A stretch of 64,000 bases of DNA from a virus (taxonomy: Duplodnaviria; Caudoviricetes), in IMG/VR virus record IMGVR_UViG_3300028601_000031, positions 8,228-72,227 of that record; one strand, given 5' to 3'. The translations under genes were made by a program, and so were the position numbers. This document shows positions 17,454 to 26,940 of the stretch, one piece after another; within the stretch, counting starts at the first letter, position 1, and every line of letters starts with the position of its first letter. Below the pieces are notes generated by a model. The model saw only the letters and a list, made by a program, of their open reading frames with translations, ran no database searches and was not told the DNA's origin.

Positions 17454-18626
17454 ATGAAAACAAAAATTATTTTATTCTTATTAAGTTCAATTTTATTTTT
17501 GAGTTGTTCTACATCTAATAAATTATCTAAAAACTCCGATGATATTTATTATAATGATAATATTGAAACAAAAAATATCCAAAATAAAGATTTTTACTCC
17601 GATTTAGAAAATAAGTATAATGATATTCTTAGTAATGATACTACTAATAATATTGATACTGTTATTTATAAATCAGAAAATACTAATCCATATGAAAATA
17701 TAGTATCAAATTCTTATCAAGAATCATATGAAAGAAGATTAAATGCTAGAAAATATGGTTTTAGTACATATTTTTATAATAATGACTATTGGTATGCACA
17801 ATCATACGCATTTGATCCTTTTTATAGAATTATAATTATAAATGATCATGTATGGGTTGAACCTTGGTATATATCAAATATGTTTTCACATTCAATATAT
17901 TATAGGTATAATTATTGGTATAGATATACATATAGATATACATATTTTTGGAATTACCCATATTATAATTATCATAATTATCATAATTATCATTGGGCAA
18001 ATTATTATCAAAATAGAAATTATCAAAATAGAAATTATAATAATATACATTATGGTAGAAGACCAACAAATAATCCAATTGAAATAAATAGACAATATAA
18101 CAGGGATAGATACGGAGATAGAAATTATAAACAAGAAAAACCAGTAGAATTAACTAGACCAAATAAACCAGTAGAATTAACTAGACCAAATAAACCAGTA
18201 GAATTAACTAGACCAAATAAACCAGTAGAAGTAAATAGACCAAATATATCAAATAGACCAAATAAACCAGTAGAAGTAAATAGACCAAATAATATGAATA
18301 GGAATTATAAACAAGAAAACAGGACAGATAGACCAAAATATTATCATAAACCAAAATCTAATAATAGAAATATTTATAATAGACCATCTATCAGTCCATA
18401 CGATAATATTTTAAAAGATAGTGATAATAGAAATAATAATAGAAATAATAATTCATATAGAACACCAAATTCAAATAACCAAATACGAAATAATAATGGT
18501 TCATCAAGGAGTTCAGTTGGATCATCGAGAAATTCTAGTGGTTCATCAAGGAGTTCAGTTGGATCATCGAGAAATTCTAGTGGTTCATCAAGGAGTTCAG
18601 GTAGTTCTTCAAATAATAAAAGATAA
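17454..18626 (+). CDS. Bacteroidota-type lipoprotein with Tyr/Trp-rich core and repetitive R/N/S-rich tail
   Basis: Signal peptide with lipobox FLS-C, DDIYY motif, low-complexity tail. Confidence 0.75.
   Translation: MKTKIILFLLSSILFLSCSTSNKLSKNSDDIYYNDNIETKNIQNKDFYSDLENKYNDILSNDTTNNIDTVIYKSENTNPYENIVSNSYQESYERRLNARKYGFSTYFYNNDYWYAQSYAFDPFYRIIIINDHVWVEPWYISNMFSHSIYYRYNYWYRYTYRYTYFWNYPYYNYHNYHNYHWANYYQNRNYQNRNYNNIHYGRRPTNNPIEINRQYNRDRYGDRNYKQEKPVELTRPNKPVELTRPNKPVELTRPNKPVEVNRPNISNRPNKPVEVNRPNNMNRNYKQENRTDRPKYYHKPKSNNRNIYNRPSISPYDNILKDSDNRNNNRNNNSYRTPNSNNQIRNNNGSSRSSVGSSRNSSGSSRSSVGSSRNSSGSSRSSGSSSNNKR
18138..18290 (+). repeat. 27-nt coding tandem repeat (KPVELTRPN x3, KPVEVNRPN x2)
   Basis: aaaccagtagaattaactagaccaaat exact x3, followed by variants. 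Confidence 0.95.
18498..18601 (+). repeat. 42-nt coding tandem repeat (GSSRSSVGSSRNSS, about 2.5 copies)
   Basis: ggttcatcaaggagttcagttggatcatcgagaaattctagt x2 plus a partial copy. Confidence 0.95.
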
Positions 18627-18629
18627 AAT

Positions 18630-18659
18630 AAAAAACCCCGAATTAATTCGGGGTTTTTT
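18630..18659. terminator. Bidirectional intrinsic terminator between convergent genes
   Basis: aaaaaaccccgaatt/aattcggggtttttt palindrome. Confidence 0.9.
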
Positions 18660-18661
18660 AT

Positions 18662-21121
18662 TTATTTGTCATTCATATTTGTTATAGTATCACCTGATAT
18701 TGGTATTAACATTTTAGTTATATTAACTATCTCTAATTTATCTTCTGTTTGAGATTTCGCAATAATTATCTTATCTCCATTTACAACTTCTTTTGTTATA
18801 ATCTTTATAGATACTTCATCTTGTATATATTTTTGTATTGCTCTTTTTAATGGTCTTGCTCCCATATCTTCATCCCATCCTTTTTCAAATATAAAATCTT
18901 TAGCAGTTTCATCCAATTCAATATCGATATTATTATCAATTAATCTATTTCTAAAATTATCTAGTTCAATATCAATAATACTTTTAATATTATCTTTACT
19001 AAGACTATCGAAATGAACAACTTCATCAATTCTATTTAAGAATTCGGGTGAGAATTTTTTCTTTAATTCTTTTTCAACAATTGATTTACTCATAACTTGT
19101 TTATCACTATTAAATCCAATTCCAGCTCCTCTTAGTTTTGCTTCTTTTGAACCAATATTTGAAGTCATAATAATAACAGTATTTTTAAAATCAACAGTTC
19201 TTCCCTGACTATCTGTTAATATACCATCATCAAATACTTGTAATAGTACATTCCATACATCATTGTGTGCTTTTTCGATTTCATCTAGAAGGATAATAGA
19301 ATATGGCTTATTTTTAACTGCATCTGTCAATTGTCCACCATCTTCGTGACCAACGTATCCAGGAGGTGCTCCAATTAATCTAGATACAGAGTGTTTCTCC
19401 ATATATTCTGACATATCTATTCTAATATAATCTCTTTCACTATTAAATAATTGTTCAGCCAATTTTTTAACCATATGTGTTTTTCCTGTACCAGTAGGAC
19501 CTAGTAATAAAAATGTACCAATTGGTCTTTTTCCATCATTTAATCCAGCCTTGTTTCTTAATATAGCCATTGATATTTTATCAACTGCGTCGTCTTGTCC
19601 AATTATCTTTTTCTTCAATTCAAATGGTAAATTTACAAGTTTAGATGTATCATCATCTGTTATATTTTTAGATGGTATATTTGTCATTATAGAAATAACT
19701 TCATATACATCTTCTTTTCTAACCTTTTTTCTTTTTGATAATCTTTTATTTTTAAGATCATTTTTCATTATTTCAAGTTCAGATTCTATTGATCTTTGTT
19801 GTTTTAACAATTCTGCCGCTGATAAAAAATCTTGTTCTGATACTTTTTTTAATTTTTGTTTAGTTATTTCATCTAATTCATTTTCCTTATTGATTATATC
19901 AACAGGTGTTTCAATATTAATCCTAACAGATGCACCAGCTTCATCCATAACATCAATCGCTTTATCAGGAAATTGTCTATCAGATATATATCTATCAGAT
20001 AATTTTAAACATGCTATTATGGATTCATCTGTATATTCCACCATGTGGTGATTTTCATATCTATCTTTAAGATTTTTAAGAATTTCATATGTTTCATTAT
20101 ATGTTGGTTCATTTACTCTAATTTTTTGGAACCTTCTTTCTAATGCACCATCTTTTTCGATCTTTTTATATTCTTCATTTGTAGTAGAACCAATGCAACT
20201 AATTTCACCCCTTGATAATGCTGGTTTTAAAATATTTGCAGCATCTAATGATCCTGTTGATCCGCCCGCTCCAACTATTGTATGAATTTCATCAATATAG
20301 ATAATAATATCTGAGTTTTGTTTTAATTCATCGACAATTTTTTTCATTCTTTCTTCAAATTCTCCTCTGTATTTAGTACCAGCTACAACAGAACCCATTT
20401 CTAGTGATAATATTCTCTTATTATGTAAAATATCAGGTGTTTCTTTATTGATGATAGCTTGTGCTAAACCATCAACAATAGCAGTTTTCCCAACACCTGC
20501 ACTACCAATAAGAATAGGGTTATTTTTTTTCCTTCTAGAAAGGACTTGTGCAATTCTTTTAATTTCTTTTTCTCTACCGATGACAGGATCTAACTTATTT
20601 TGTTTTGCTAAATCTGTTAAATCTGTACTAAATTCATCTAGAATTGGTGTTTTTGTTTTTTTATAAGGTACATTAGTTCCAGTTGGATTATCATCTTTTT
20701 CCATATTAGAATTTTTATTAAATACTTTATTATAAATATTTTCAGCATCGGTATATGTAACATTTGGTATAACTTTAGCTCTTATAATAGATAATACAAG
20801 ATGCTCTGTTCTTACGATACTTGAATTAAACTTTTTTGCTTCTAATTGGGATTGCATCATTATATTTTGTGCTTCGGTACTTAATGATGCTAAATCGTCA
20901 TCTTTTTTTTCAATTGTATCAACAGATATTGGATCACTATTTAAAAATGTTTTCATTTTTTTCTTAGCATTATCAATATCAATAATATTTGATAGTATTT
21001 TATAACCATTACAATCATTTGTACTTATTATTCCAAATAATAAATGAGGAGGTTCAATTAAACCATTAGAGTACTCCTTTGCTTTCTTAATTACTTTTTT
21101 AAAATTTTCTGAATATTCCAT
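18662..21121 (-). CDS. clpC: ATP-dependent Clp protease ATP-binding subunit (ClpC type)
   Basis: Clp N-domain, GSAGVGKT and GPTGTGKT Walker A motifs, GTKYRGEFE pore loop, UVR-like middle domain, IGF loop (GAGIGF). Confidence 0.93.
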   Translation of the reverse strand: MEYSENFKKVIKKAKEYSNGLIEPPHLLFGIISTNDCNGYKILSNIIDIDNAKKKMKTFLNSDPISVDTIEKKDDDLASLSTEAQNIMMQSQLEAKKFNSSIVRTEHLVLSIIRAKVIPNVTYTDAENIYNKVFNKNSNMEKDDNPTGTNVPYKKTKTPILDEFSTDLTDLAKQNKLDPVIGREKEIKRIAQVLSRRKKNNPILIGSAGVGKTAIVDGLAQAIINKETPDILHNKRILSLEMGSVVAGTKYRGEFEERMKKIVDELKQNSDIIIYIDEIHTIVGAGGSTGSLDAANILKPALSRGEISCIGSTTNEEYKKIEKDGALERRFQKIRVNEPTYNETYEILKNLKDRYENHHMVEYTDESIIACLKLSDRYISDRQFPDKAIDVMDEAGASVRINIETPVDIINKENELDEITKQKLKKVSEQDFLSAAELLKQQRSIESELEIMKNDLKNKRLSKRKKVRKEDVYEVISIMTNIPSKNITDDDTSKLVNLPFELKKKIIGQDDAVDKISMAILRNKAGLNDGKRPIGTFLLLGPTGTGKTHMVKKLAEQLFNSERDYIRIDMSEYMEKHSVSRLIGAPPGYVGHEDGGQLTDAVKNKPYSIILLDEIEKAHNDVWNVLLQVFDDGILTDSQGRTVDFKNTVIIMTSNIGSKEAKLRGAGIGFNSDKQVMSKSIVEKELKKKFSPEFLNRIDEVVHFDSLSKDNIKSIIDIELDNFRNRLIDNNIDIELDETAKDFIFEKGWDEDMGARPLKRAIQKYIQDEVSIKIITKEVVNGDKIIIAKSQTEDKLEIVNITKMLIPISGDTITNMNDK

Positions 21122-21240
21122 ATAGTTGCGTTTTTAGTTTTTATAATATATATTAATTTTATTGAATTGTTTAAATTGTCAAAAAATGTACCATTTATTT
21201 ACTTACTGACAAATTAACATATTTTAAATGGTATGTTCAT

Positions 21241-21632
21241 TTATTCACATAGTGTTTTTAATTCTTCCCATGTAGGTGTGGTTCCTTCGTGCACAAAAAA
21301 TTCAATACCATCTGCAATGCCGTCAATATCCAAATACCATTTAGGATTTGTCCTATCAATATATTTTAAGACACCTTTTCCATTAACGGTATGTAAATAT
21401 GCACTATCATAAGGTGCTCCATCCATAATAAAATGATTAACAATTGACGAATAAGTGAAAATTGATTCATTTTCAATTTCCATAACCATAAATTTGCGCA
21501 TATCATACCAATCTTTTACAAAATTACCAGTATTAAATATTTTTTATGATTTTTATCATAATGTAATTCAACACTACTGTAATTTAAATTGGTTTTATTT
21601 CCCTCGTCATATCTGATATAAATATATACCAT
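21241..21632 (-). pseudogene. Gene split by a frameshift in an A6 run (or programmed -1 shift / assembly error)
   Basis: ATG at 21632 gives MVYIYIRYDEG...KNHKK, then a stop shortly after; the -1 frame continues IFNTGNFVKDWYD into ORF 21241..21501. Confidence 0.6.
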
Positions 21633-21634
21633 AT

Positions 21635-22066
21635 CTATAGTTTTTGAATTAAAATTCCATCTTTATCAAACATTATCAAATCAAATCCTAATACTTTTAT
21701 ATTCTTATCTTTATAAAATTCTGATAGTGAACCAACATTTTTTCTAACTTCTGAAAAATTATGAGATCTTTCTGACATAATTTTAATTTGTTCATCGGTT
21801 GGTTCACTTTCAAAAAATATAATAAAATTATCAGAATTTGAATTATCCAACGCAACTGGTCTATAACATCCATGATCATCAGGTAAATCTTTAATATTAC
21901 TAAATAAATTTGATATATTCATGTCAACAAATTCATCACCTACTCCACATTCTCCTAATTGACCAGTCATATATGCACACATTTCTCTCTCAAAATTACC
22001 TGCATAAGAATCAGTTTTAACTTTAAATCCCCAATAAATTTCTTTCATATTATTAATCAATTTCAA
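21635..22066 (-). CDS. Hypothetical phage protein
   Basis: TDSYAGNFEREMCAYMTG..GECGVG; operon ORF. Confidence 0.7.
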   Translation of the reverse strand: MKLINNMKEIYWGFKVKTDSYAGNFEREMCAYMTGQLGECGVGDEFVDMNISNLFSNIKDLPDDHGCYRPVALDNSNSDNFIIFFESEPTDEQIKIMSERSHNFSEVRKNVGSLSEFYKDKNIKVLGFDLIMFDKDGILIQKL

Positions 22067-22400
22067 CGGTTGCTTCTAAATTTCTACTATTTAATCCTTT
22101 TTTTAATTTCATCATTTCATCAAATGATCCAGTTTTAACAACTGATTTACCCTTGTTGTGTGCTTCCATTGTTACTCTAATACATTCTTCACTTGATAAT
22201 TTACAAATATCATATAACGCTAACATTACATCCATAATATCATTGACATGATCATTCCATAGTATTAGTCTATAAACATCAGATTTCGAATTTTTAATAC
22301 CTAATTCACTTAATAAATCGGTTATGCTATCAGTATCAGATGATACACTACTTTGTATATCATTTAACATTTGCTCATATTTGTCTCTACTATACATCAT
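22053..22400 (-). CDS. clpS: Clp protease adaptor ClpS
   Basis: YRLILWNDHVN....V...L......ME.HNKGKSVV...GL..RNL.AT. Confidence 0.85.
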   Translation of the reverse strand: MMYSRDKYEQMLNDIQSSVSSDTDSITDLLSELGIKNSKSDVYRLILWNDHVNDIMDVMLALYDICKLSSEECIRVTMEAHNKGKSVVKTGSFDEMMKLKKGLNSRNLEATVEID

Positions 22401-22441
22401 ACATATTAATATTTTTACAAAAATACTATATTTTTTTATAA

Positions 22442-23029
22442 TTAAAAAGCTTTTTTAAATTTTTTATTTAAATATTCAGATTTTCTTTTTAATCTAAAAT
22501 TATTAATGTATATAAAATACTTTTTATCATTAGTAAAAACATCATTGCAATCTTTACACATTCCCATATTTATATCCCTATTGACATTATTTTTAGATTT
22601 TCCGCAACATGAACAAGTATTATTAGTTTCAATAATATTATTAATAATATCAGTATTATTACTTTTCTTCCTTATTAATCTATTAATCGAATATTTAACA
22701 TCAATATCATTTAAAAAATTTTTATTTATACAAACTATTTCTTTTTTAACAACTTCTCCATATTTATAAAAATAAACATATTTTTCCGTTAAACAATTGA
22801 AAAAATCACTACTTAAATGACACCATATTGGTATATCTATTTTTAGAATAGGTCTATGATATCCATATTCATAAGTGTATGATCTTAATTTAGATATAGT
22901 ATTACTATTTTTTAAACAATATGATTTTTTATTAATAGCGTCAATCTTTAAATATGGACATAAATTACAACTGTTTAATTTTAAACAGGTTGGTTTATCA
23001 TCAACAAATGTAGATATATATTTATCCAT
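22442..23029 (-). CDS. Cys-rich zinc-binding protein, paralog of 23034..23666
   Basis: CNLCP, IPIWC, CSCCG, GMCKDC, INNFRLKR. Confidence 0.75.
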   Translation of the reverse strand: MDKYISTFVDDKPTCLKLNSCNLCPYLKIDAINKKSYCLKNSNTISKLRSYTYEYGYHRPILKIDIPIWCHLSSDFFNCLTEKYVYFYKYGEVVKKEIVCINKNFLNDIDVKYSINRLIRKKSNNTDIINNIIETNNTCSCCGKSKNNVNRDINMGMCKDCNDVFTNDKKYFIYINNFRLKRKSEYLNKKFKKAF

Positions 23030-23033
23030 TAAA

Positions 23034-23666
23034 TTAAATTTTAATATCTTTCAAAACTTTTATTGTAGATTTTATTTTTTTATTTCTTTTTAATCTAAAG
23101 TTATTAAGATATGATAATCTTTTATTATAATCATTATTTTGGGATAATTCCCAGCATGTATCACACATACCAAAATTAACTGACCTATTAACACTTGTAT
23201 CTTCTTCTCCACATAAAGAACACACTAATCCTTGATTATATTTTTTAATATCTGTAGTAATTGTATTATTATCTGTTCTTATATCATTATAACTATGTAT
23301 AAATCCTTTCATATCATAATTATAATATAATGTGTCTAAGTTCAAAACATCAAAATCCATAGTATTTATGGATAAACTATTTTCATATACTTTAAATGTA
23401 TAATAAAATTTATGAATTAAATCAGATAAATTATTTGGCAATTCACACCATTTTGGGATATTAATAAATTCATATAACGAATATTTATCAATATCATAAA
23501 TGTATATGTTATTTTTTATAATATTATTTCCATCTTCGGAACTAAAATATCTACATTTACAATTTTTATTATTGAAATCTAAAGATAAAAGTGGGCATTT
23601 ATTACAACTACTTAAGTTAACTATAACTTTCTTGTTTTTGTAATACGTTCTTATGTATTTTTGCAT
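23034..23666 (-). CDS. Cys-rich zinc-binding protein, paralog of 22442..23029
   Basis: CNKCP, IPKWC, CSLCG, GMCDTC, LNNFRLKR; TAnnTTTG at 23681-23688. Confidence 0.75.
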   Translation of the reverse strand: MQKYIRTYYKNKKVIVNLSSCNKCPLLSLDFNNKNCKCRYFSSEDGNNIIKNNIYIYDIDKYSLYEFINIPKWCELPNNLSDLIHKFYYTFKVYENSLSINTMDFDVLNLDTLYYNYDMKGFIHSYNDIRTDNNTITTDIKKYNQGLVCSLCGEEDTSVNRSVNFGMCDTCWELSQNNDYNKRLSYLNNFRLKRNKKIKSTIKVLKDIKI

Positions 23667-23712
23667 GCTTTAATTTTTTACAAAAATAATAAAATTATTT
23701 TAATAAAAAAAA

Positions 23713-24066
23713 TTACATTAAATATTTTTTTATAGTATCTGATATCATTTTCTTATTTAATGGTTTTAATAAGATATCATTAAATATACTAATATCTCTA
23801 AATTCACTTGTACTATAAGCAGTAACTGCAATTATTGGTATATCTTTATTTAAGTTTTCTCTTATATATTTTGTTGCTTCTATTCCATTCATTAATGGCA
23901 TTTGTATATCCATAAAAATTAAACTTATATCAGAATTATTAATAAATATATTTATACACTCTTTACCGTTATCAGCTTCTAATATGTCGATATTAAAATC
24001 AGATAATAACTCATTTAATAATAATCTGTTAACATCAACATCATCTACTATTAGAATTTTTGACAT
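23713..24066 (-). CDS. Single-domain response regulator receiver (CheY-like)
   Basis: ILIVDD, IFMDIQMP.MNG, AVTA, LLKP. Confidence 0.92.
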   Translation of the reverse strand: MSKILIVDDVDVNRLLLNELLSDFNIDILEADNGKECINIFINNSDISLIFMDIQMPLMNGIEATKYIRENLNKDIPIIAVTAYSTSEFRDISIFNDILLKPLNKKMISDTIKKYLM

Positions 24067-24091
24067 TTTTTATTTTTATATATTAAATAAA

Positions 24092-24259
24092 CTATTTAGA
24101 TTTTTTATCTTTTTTATCCATTTTACTATCTTTATTAATATCTCTAATATTTTTTTTCCAAATTGATTTAGGTGTATAACTATATCCCATACTTAAATAA
24201 TTATTAACTTCTGATTCTTTTACTCTAATAATTTGATCATTTTTCTTTAGTGTTTTCAT
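24092..24259 (-). CDS. Small basic hypothetical protein (55 aa, not in the ORF track)
   Basis: MKTLKKNDQIIRVKESEVNNYLSMGYSYTPKSIWKK... fills an intergenic gap. Confidence 0.55.
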   Translation of the reverse strand: MKTLKKNDQIIRVKESEVNNYLSMGYSYTPKSIWKKNIRDINKDSKMDKKDKKSK

Positions 24260-24309
24260 AATATTATATTTTATTTTTATATTTTATTATAAAAAATTAA
24301 AATAGTTTA

Positions 24310-24345
24310 AAAAATAAATCCCTTATAATTAAGGGATTTATTTTT
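24310..24345 (-). terminator. Intrinsic terminator
   Basis: aaaaataaatccctta-taat-taagggatttattttt. Confidence 0.8.
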
Positions 24346-24532
24346 AACTAAAAAGTAATCCTGGTTTTTTATATTCTTCTTGTTGATATATTTCATTTAA
24401 TTGTTCAGGTTTCAGATCATTTTTATCCCAACCTTTTTCATTGATATATTTATCAACAAATTTCTCTCTAAGATCTTTTAAATCTTTTTCAGATAGACCA
24501 GTTTCTTTAATAATTTGTTCTTTCATAATCAT
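24344..24532 (-). CDS. Small hypothetical protein
   Basis: ORF bounded by a TTTATATATA motif and a terminator. Confidence 0.65.
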   Translation of the reverse strand: MIMKEQIIKETGLSEKDLKDLREKFVDKYINEKGWDKNDLKPEQLNEIYQQEEYKKPGLLFS

Positions 24533-24559
24533 TTATTATTTTTTATTATATATAAAATA

Positions 24560-24955
24560 TTAAAAGTTATAATTATTTAATTTTATTTCTTTTAAAATCA
24601 ATAAATTACAATTTTTATTTTTAATTTTATTTATTTTTAATTTTCTTATATATAAATCATCATATATTGGTACCAATCTATTATCATCCCATCTCATATT
24701 ACCATCTAAATATATTTTTATTTTATTCGCTAATATTCCTATAAGACCTATTTTATCATGATTAAATGATAATTTACTATGTGATGGTATATTATCCATT
24801 AAATTTGATATTATATTACCATTAGTTTTAATTTTCGTAAAATTGTAAATATTAGAAAATTTTATAATATCCATAATAATTTGTCTATTTATAGTTGATA
24901 TATTATGTAATAATGATATGGTATCATTAATATCTATATTAATATCTTCTATCAT
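24560..24955 (-). CDS. Small protein resembling a degenerate major-capsid-protein fragment, with RxxKIxxI tag
   Basis: IKTNGNIISNLMD...IGILANKIKIYLDGNMRWDDNRL, then IRKLKINKI. Confidence 0.5.
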   Translation of the reverse strand: MIEDINIDINDTISLLHNISTINRQIIMDIIKFSNIYNFTKIKTNGNIISNLMDNIPSHSKLSFNHDKIGLIGILANKIKIYLDGNMRWDDNRLVPIYDDLYIRKLKINKIKNKNCNLLILKEIKLNNYNF

Positions 24956-25647
24956 TGTTTATAATAATTATCATAATCTATTTTAGTAATAAAATTATCA
25001 AATGTTGTTCTAACAATTTTACCATTATCATCTTTTAAATAAATTAAATATTTAGTATTAAAATCATTGTCAATTTTAACATTAATATCAATTATACTAT
25101 ACTCTTTATCTAATGTAAAATTTTTTTGACATTTTATACAAACCAATTTGTGATTTTTTAATTTTAATAGTATCCCTTTAATTTGTTGAGATAATGATTC
25201 TAATTTCTTATTAATATACTTACTTTTATTTATGGGTTTTGGTTTAGGTTCTTCACCATCAACTTTATCACCTTTTATTTCATTACAAGGTTTACATAAA
25301 AGTTGATAATTTTCTAATTCATTTTTGCCCCCTTTACTTTTTGGATAAATATGATCAATTGTATACATATAAGGTTCACCGTTATCATCACTATATAAAT
25401 CTAAATGCCATCTACCCGCATTATCTTTTGCTGAAGCAAAATATTCTGGTATTTTATTACAATACTGACATTTTAATCCATCCCTATCAATTAAACTTTT
25501 TATTATATTAGCTCTTTTTAAAGAGTCGCTCATATCTTTAACATGAAATATTAATTCATCTGGTATTTTATTTTCTTTTAGTAAATCAAAGACCTCTTTT
25601 ATTGTATATTTTTTATAAATCTTATAACCATGATTGTTTCTTGGCAT
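24952..25647 (-). CDS. HNH endonuclease with C-terminal SH3-like extension
   Basis: CQYC...TIDHIYPKSKGGKNELENYQLLCKPCNEIKG. Confidence 0.85.
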   Translation of the reverse strand: MPRNNHGYKIYKKYTIKEVFDLLKENKIPDELIFHVKDMSDSLKRANIIKSLIDRDGLKCQYCNKIPEYFASAKDNAGRWHLDLYSDDNGEPYMYTIDHIYPKSKGGKNELENYQLLCKPCNEIKGDKVDGEEPKPKPINKSKYINKKLESLSQQIKGILLKLKNHKLVCIKCQKNFTLDKEYSIIDINVKIDNDFNTKYLIYLKDDNGKIVRTTFDNFITKIDYDNYYKQ

Positions 25648-25701
25648 ATCTTATATTAAATTAATTTTAATATCTTATATTTTATGATATTAGATAAGTT
25701 T

Positions 25702-25732
25702 AAAAATAAGGACAAAATATGTCCTTATTTTT
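25702..25732 (-). terminator. Intrinsic terminator
   Basis: aaaaataaggaca-aaata-tgtccttattttt. Confidence 0.8.
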
Positions 25733-26555
25733 AATAATTTTTATTATAGGTATAGATATAATCAACAGGATTAACTGGTCTATTATTTAATAAAATTTCA
25801 TAATGTAAATGATTATTAGTTGACATACCAGTACTCCCAACATAACCTATTTTTTCGTTTAATTTAACATGTTGACCTTTTTTAACAGATATTGAACTTA
25901 AATGCGCATAAACAGTCTTATATCCATATTTATGTTGTATTACAATTCTATTTCCATATCCTGTTTTATCTTTATAAATATTTTCTACAACTCCATCCGA
26001 TGTAGAATACACTTCAGTTCTTTTAGTTGCTGAAATATCAATACCTTCATGAAATGACCATTTTTTAGTTATTGGGTGTCGTCTATAACCAAATCCACTT
26101 GTTATTCTAATTAAATCACTAGATGATATAGGTGTTAGTGTAGGTAAATGATATATTGAATCAACCAATACATTAATTTTACGATTTAATGAATCATATA
26201 TAATATTTTGATTATTTATTTCATTATATAAATCTGTTATAGTATAATTACTATAATCTGAATAGTTCACATCTAAAGAAAGACTTAATGATTTTCTTAT
26301 TAAATCTTGTTCTCTTTCTTTTATTGTTATTAATTCATTTAAAACTATATTTTTTAATGAATCTTTCTCTTTATATACTAATTCTGTTTCTTTTTTAAAA
26401 TTTTCTATAATTTTAGATTCGTCTGGATGTATTGATACACTGGATATAGATAAAAAGATTACAAAAATAAATGCAAAATTAAATAATAAAAATTTTCTTA
26501 CTAATTTTGATTTTTCGTTTTTATACACTTCATTTTTAATTAATTCTGTATTCAT
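25731..26555 (-). CDS. M23 family peptidoglycan peptidase, membrane-anchored
   Basis: TM segment, coiled coil, ITSGFGYRRHP..HEGID, YAHL, STGMSTNNHLHYE. Confidence 0.92.
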   Translation of the reverse strand: MNTELIKNEVYKNEKSKLVRKFLLFNFAFIFVIFLSISSVSIHPDESKIIENFKKETELVYKEKDSLKNIVLNELITIKEREQDLIRKSLSLSLDVNYSDYSNYTITDLYNEINNQNIIYDSLNRKINVLVDSIYHLPTLTPISSSDLIRITSGFGYRRHPITKKWSFHEGIDISATKRTEVYSTSDGVVENIYKDKTGYGNRIVIQHKYGYKTVYAHLSSISVKKGQHVKLNEKIGYVGSTGMSTNNHLHYEILLNNRPVNPVDYIYTYNKNY

Positions 26556-26919
26556 TATAAAAATTATTTTTTCTAGATATAATAAAATATTAAATATTAT
26601 ATCGGTTAAATTATCTATTTTATATATTTTTTATAGTTGATTCTGATTATATCTATATAAATACTTTATAATCAATATCTTAATAAAAAACGAATAAATA
26701 TGATTTTATTTAATTAAAAATTTCAATTTTTATATTTTATTTTAATTAAAATTAAATAATGAATAAAAAAACATATTTTATTCATATGAAAAATTCGTAT
26801 ATATTAAATTTTAAATATTAAAAAATCAAAAAACATAATTTATATTCATATTTATATGGTTTTAATTTATATTTAAAATAAAAATATAGATATAATTTCA
26901 TTAATATTTTAAAATATAA

Positions 26920-26940
26920 AAACCGGATATTATCCGGTTT
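26920..26940 (-). terminator. Intrinsic terminator after the sigma factor gene
   Basis: aaaccggata-t-tatccggttt. Confidence 0.7.

Noticed and set aside
18138-18601. Tandem repeats as a possible CRISPR array
   Set aside because: The repeats are contiguous with no unique spacers, are multiples of 3 nt and lie in frame within a lipoprotein; no cas genes are present.
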